A stretch of DNA of 63,045 bases, counting the filler. It is 4 parts of 4 records of this genome, joined end to end, with 100 filler letters (N's around TTAATTAATTAA, not from the genome) between each part and the next. Parts side by side here need not be neighbours in the genome. Positions count along the whole stretch, not along the records: positions 47,035 to 63,045 come from SRR2962707_4852; 3 more parts are not named here. The stretch is one strand, 5' to 3'. The notes beneath the pieces are model-generated. The model saw only the letters and a program-made list of their open reading frames with translations. It was not told the origin of the DNA and ran no database searches. Of this stretch, positions 59,898 to 63,045 are shown in pieces. The stretch's first letter is position 1. Each line of letters opens with the position of its first letter. The position numbers and the translations under genes were made by a program.

Positions 59898-60788
59898 TCA
59901 GTTAGACAGGCTGTAAACGTACGCTGCCAGGATCTGAATCTGGTCGTCGGACAGACGACCGCCTTGTGCAGGCATCTGGTTCTGGCGACCGTTCATCACG
60001 GTCTCCTTGATCCACTCATAGGTGGAACCGTAGAGCCAGACATTGTCGGTCAGGTTGGGCGCACCCATGGCTTCCATACCTTTGCCTTCCGGACCGTGGC
60101 AGGCAACGCAGGCCTGTGCGAACACCTGGGCGCCAGCTTTGGCCGCCTCGGCATCTTCTTCGCGTCCACTGAAGCTCAGCACGTAGTTAACCACCTGATC
60201 GACTTGCTCATTGGTCATATTCGGCATGACGCCCTTTGCAGGCATATTGCCGTTACGACCCTGGGCAATGCTGTGCAGGATCTGGTCTGGTTGACCACCC
60301 CACAGCCAGTCGTCGTCGGTCAGGTTGGGGAAGCCCACCTGGCCGCGAGCGGCGGTGCCGTGACAGACCGAACAGTTGTTGGCAAACAGGCGCTGGCCGA
60401 TCTTCATGGCGTCGTCGTTCTGCGCCAGTTCAGGAATGGCGGTGTCGCCGAACTGGGCATAGATTTCGCCGTATTTCTCTTCGGCAGCTGCCACTTCCGC
60501 TTCCCACTGGTTGGTGGATGTCCATCCCAGCAGACCCTTGAAGTTACCCAGGCCCGGGTACAGAGCCAGGTAGCCAAGGGAGAAGATGCAGGTTGCCAAG
60601 AACAGGTAGAACCACCATTTCGGCAGAGGGTTGTCATACTCCTCAATGCCATCGAAGGAATGGCCCATTGTCCGGTCGGTTTCAGTATCGGTTGTCTGGC
60701 TCTTGCGGGTGGCCCAGAGGAGCCACCAGCAGCCGAAAACGGTACCGAGCACGATCACACTGACCCAGATGCTCCAGAAGGTACTCAT
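59898..60788 (-). CDS. ccoP: cbb3-type cytochrome c oxidase subunit III
   Basis: GHSFDGIEEYDNPLPKWW, CSVCHG, CVACHG. Confidence 0.97.
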   Translation of the reverse strand: MSTFWSIWVSVIVLGTVFGCWWLLWATRKSQTTDTETDRTMGHSFDGIEEYDNPLPKWWFYLFLATCIFSLGYLALYPGLGNFKGLLGWTSTNQWEAEVAAAEEKYGEIYAQFGDTAIPELAQNDDAMKIGQRLFANNCSVCHGTAARGQVGFPNLTDDDWLWGGQPDQILHSIAQGRNGNMPAKGVMPNMTNEQVDQVVNYVLSFSGREEDAEAAKAGAQVFAQACVACHGPEGKGMEAMGAPNLTDNVWLYGSTYEWIKETVMNGRQNQMPAQGGRLSDDQIQILAAYVYSLSN

Positions 60789-60970
60789 TGTTTCTTCTCC
60801 GTTTTTTCCTGTTCGAGAGTACGCTTTTCGACTTCGTCGTCATCGAAGGGGAGGTGTGCTGCCTCGTCGTTGGCCTTCTTGCGGTGGGCGCTGTACGCCC
60901 ACCAGACGATTCCGAAGAACGCTGCCATTACCAGCAGCGTGTGAATGCCGCGTAACTCATTAATATCCAT
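60785..60970 (-). CDS. ccoQ: cbb3-type cytochrome c oxidase subunit CcoQ
   Basis: FFGIVWWAYS..DEAAHLPFDD. Confidence 0.93.
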   Translation of the reverse strand: MDINELRGIHTLLVMAAFFGIVWWAYSAHRKKANDEAAHLPFDDDEVEKRTLEQEKTEKKQ

Positions 60971-60974
60971 GGGA

Positions 60975-61583
60975 TCACCGCTTCTCTGAAATCACAGTAC
61001 CCAACTGCTGCAGGTATGCGACCAGCGCTTCGATTTCAAATTTGCCTTCGATCTCATTCGCTGCGTTGGCAATCTGTTCGTCGCTGTATGGCACGCCGAG
61101 CGTTTGCAGCGTCTTCATCCGGGACTCAATGGAACCGTGATCAACACGATTCTCGAACAGCCACGGGAAGGCAGGCATGTTGGATTCGGGTACCACGCTG
61201 CGCGGATCGTACAGGTGCTGGCGCTGCCAGGCATCCGAGTAACGACCACCTACACGAGCCAGGTCCGGCCCGGTACGCTTGGAACCCCACAGGAACGGAC
61301 GGTCATAAACGAACTCGCCCGCAACGGAGTAGTGACCATAACGCTCAGTCTCAGCCCGGAACGGACGGATCTGCTGGGTATGGCACACGTGGCAGCCTTC
61401 ACGGATGTAAATGTCCCGGCCTTCCAGTTCCAGAGCGGACAGAGGCTCCAGGCCTTCGACCGGCTCGTTCACCTCTTTGTGGAAGAACAGGGGTACCACT
61501 TCCGCAAGGAAACCGCCACTGATGGTCAGCACGATCAGCACGATCATCAGACCAAGGTTCTTTTCGACTATTTCGTGTCTCAT
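60975..61583 (-). CDS. ccoO: cbb3-type cytochrome c oxidase subunit II
   Basis: [27 protein letters not shown]. Confidence 0.97.
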   Translation of the reverse strand: MRHEIVEKNLGLMIVLIVLTISGGFLAEVVPLFFHKEVNEPVEGLEPLSALELEGRDIYIREGCHVCHTQQIRPFRAETERYGHYSVAGEFVYDRPFLWGSKRTGPDLARVGGRYSDAWQRQHLYDPRSVVPESNMPAFPWLFENRVDHGSIESRMKTLQTLGVPYSDEQIANAANEIEGKFEIEALVAYLQQLGTVISEKR

Positions 61584-61597
61584 CTGGTCTCTCTCCC

Positions 61598-63028
61598 TTA
61601 CGCCGCCTGAACCGCAGCATTATCTTCTGCAACGGCGTCTTTCTGGCGTACGGTCATGTACACGTTGTAGGCCATGATCAGCATGCCGGTCAGGAAGATC
61701 GCGCCACCGATGAAGCGTACAAAGTAGCCCGGGTAGGAGGCTTCAAGCGCTTCCACGAAGCTGTAGGTCAGGGTGCCGTCTTCGTTCACTGCACGCCACA
61801 TCAGACCTTGCATGATGCCATTCACCCACATGGCGGCGATGTAAAGCACGGTGCCTACGGTAGCCAGCCAGAAGTGAGTGTTGATCAGGGCAGTGCTGTA
61901 CATGGCCTGGATGCCCCAAAGTTTCGGGATCAGGTGGTAAACCGCACCGATACTGATCATGGCAACCCAGCCCAGGGCGCCGGAGTGCACGTGGCCGATG
62001 GTCCAGTCAGTGTTGTGGGACAGAGCGTTGACGGTCTTGATAGACATCATCGGGCCTTCGAAGGTAGACATACCGTAGAAGGACAGAGAAACCACCAGGA
62101 AGCGCAGGATAGGGTCAGTGCGCAGTTTGTGCCAGGCGCCGGACAGGGTCATCATGCCGTTGATCATACCGCCCCAGGACGGCGCCAGCAGAATCAGGGA
62201 CATTACCATGCCTGCGGTCTGTGCCCAGTCAGGCAGAGCGGAGTAATGCAGGTGGTGACCACCGGCCCAGACGTATGTGGCGATCAGTGCCCAGAAGTGC
62301 ACGATAGACAGGCGATAGGAGTAAACCGGACGGTTGGCCTGCTTGGGAACGAAGTAGTACATCATGCCCAGGAAGCCGGCAGTCAGGAAGAAGCCCACCG
62401 CGTTGTGACCGTACCACCACTGCATCATCGCATCGGTAACACCCGCATAGGCGGAGTACGACTTGAAGGCGGTGGCCGGCAGCGCCATGTTATTACCGAT
62501 ATGCAGTACAGCAACGGTAATGATGAACGCACCGTAGAACCAGTTGGCAACGTAGATGTGCGGAGTGCTACGCTTCATCACGGTTCCGAAGAACACCAGG
62601 GCGTAGCTGACCCAGACAACCGCAATCGCGATGTCAATCGGCCATTCCAGCTCGGCGTATTCCTTGGACGTTGTCAGGCCCATCGGCAGGGTGATGGCAG
62701 CAGCCACGATGATCGCTTGCCAGCCCCAGAAGGTGAACGCCGCCAATCCGTCAGACATCAGGCGAGCCTGGCAGGTCCGCTGAACGACGTAGTAGGACGT
62801 TGCAAAAAGGGCACTTCCGCCAAAGCCGAAGATTACGGCGTTGGTATGCAGCGGCCGCAAGCGACCGAAGTGAGTAAAGGGCAGGTCGAGGTTGAGGGAT
62901 GGCCAAACCAGCTGTGCTGCAATCAGCACACCCAGAGCCATACCTACAATACCCCATACCACTGTCATGATGGCGAATTGTCTCACCACCTTATAGTTGT
63001 ATGTCAGGTTTGCATTTACTGTGCTCAT
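61598..63028 (-). CDS. ccoN: cbb3-type cytochrome c oxidase subunit I
   Basis: [40 protein letters not shown]. Confidence 0.98.
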   Translation of the reverse strand: MSTVNANLTYNYKVVRQFAIMTVVWGIVGMALGVLIAAQLVWPSLNLDLPFTHFGRLRPLHTNAVIFGFGGSALFATSYYVVQRTCQARLMSDGLAAFTFWGWQAIIVAAAITLPMGLTTSKEYAELEWPIDIAIAVVWVSYALVFFGTVMKRSTPHIYVANWFYGAFIITVAVLHIGNNMALPATAFKSYSAYAGVTDAMMQWWYGHNAVGFFLTAGFLGMMYYFVPKQANRPVYSYRLSIVHFWALIATYVWAGGHHLHYSALPDWAQTAGMVMSLILLAPSWGGMINGMMTLSGAWHKLRTDPILRFLVVSLSFYGMSTFEGPMMSIKTVNALSHNTDWTIGHVHSGALGWVAMISIGAVYHLIPKLWGIQAMYSTALINTHFWLATVGTVLYIAAMWVNGIMQGLMWRAVNEDGTLTYSFVEALEASYPGYFVRFIGGAIFLTGMLIMAYNVYMTVRQKDAVAEDNAAVQAA

Positions 63029-63045
63029 AGCCTTACCAATGGGTT

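Overview
The window is not one locus. It is four unrelated contigs joined by artificial 100-nt spacers (44 N + TTAATTAATTAA + 44 N) at 16851-16950, 38319-38418 and 46935-47034. (1) 1-16850 is a high-GC alphaproteobacterium (Parvibaculum-like by gene style; inference): phaA/phaR, a GGDEF-EAL gene, ggt, a frameshifted enoyl-CoA hydratase, pabBAC, rpmF, a SPOR gene with a CtrA box, and ald. (2) 16951-38318 is a gammaproteobacterium (Alcanivorax-like; inference): cysS, a nested palindrome, then yidD - CxxC/RAPP leader (DUF2946/CruR-like) - Zur box - His-rich TonB-dependent receptor - His-rich lipoprotein, followed by folE2, a Na+/solute symporter divergent from cosR/ectR-ectABC, CrbS/CrbR, and an actP - DUF294 nucleotidyltransferase - exonuclease module. 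(3) 38419-46934 is eukaryote-like DNA with an IQ+ankyrin gene and a >2000-aa single-pass mucin-stalk/ankyrin/repeat-domain protein. (4) 47035-63045 is Marinobacter-like: the end of a Fil/Fap-like outer-membrane export cluster, a polysaccharide deacetylase, DnaJ-related and TetR genes, ttcA, and ccoNOQP-ccoGHIS. The best candidates for undescribed biology are the doubly controlled (putative ribosome-arrest peptide plus Zur) metal-uptake locus with a coupled yidD, the Fil-like export cluster, the DUF294/exonuclease-ActP module and the giant eukaryotic receptor-like protein. All family assignments come from motif recognition by eye, not database searches.
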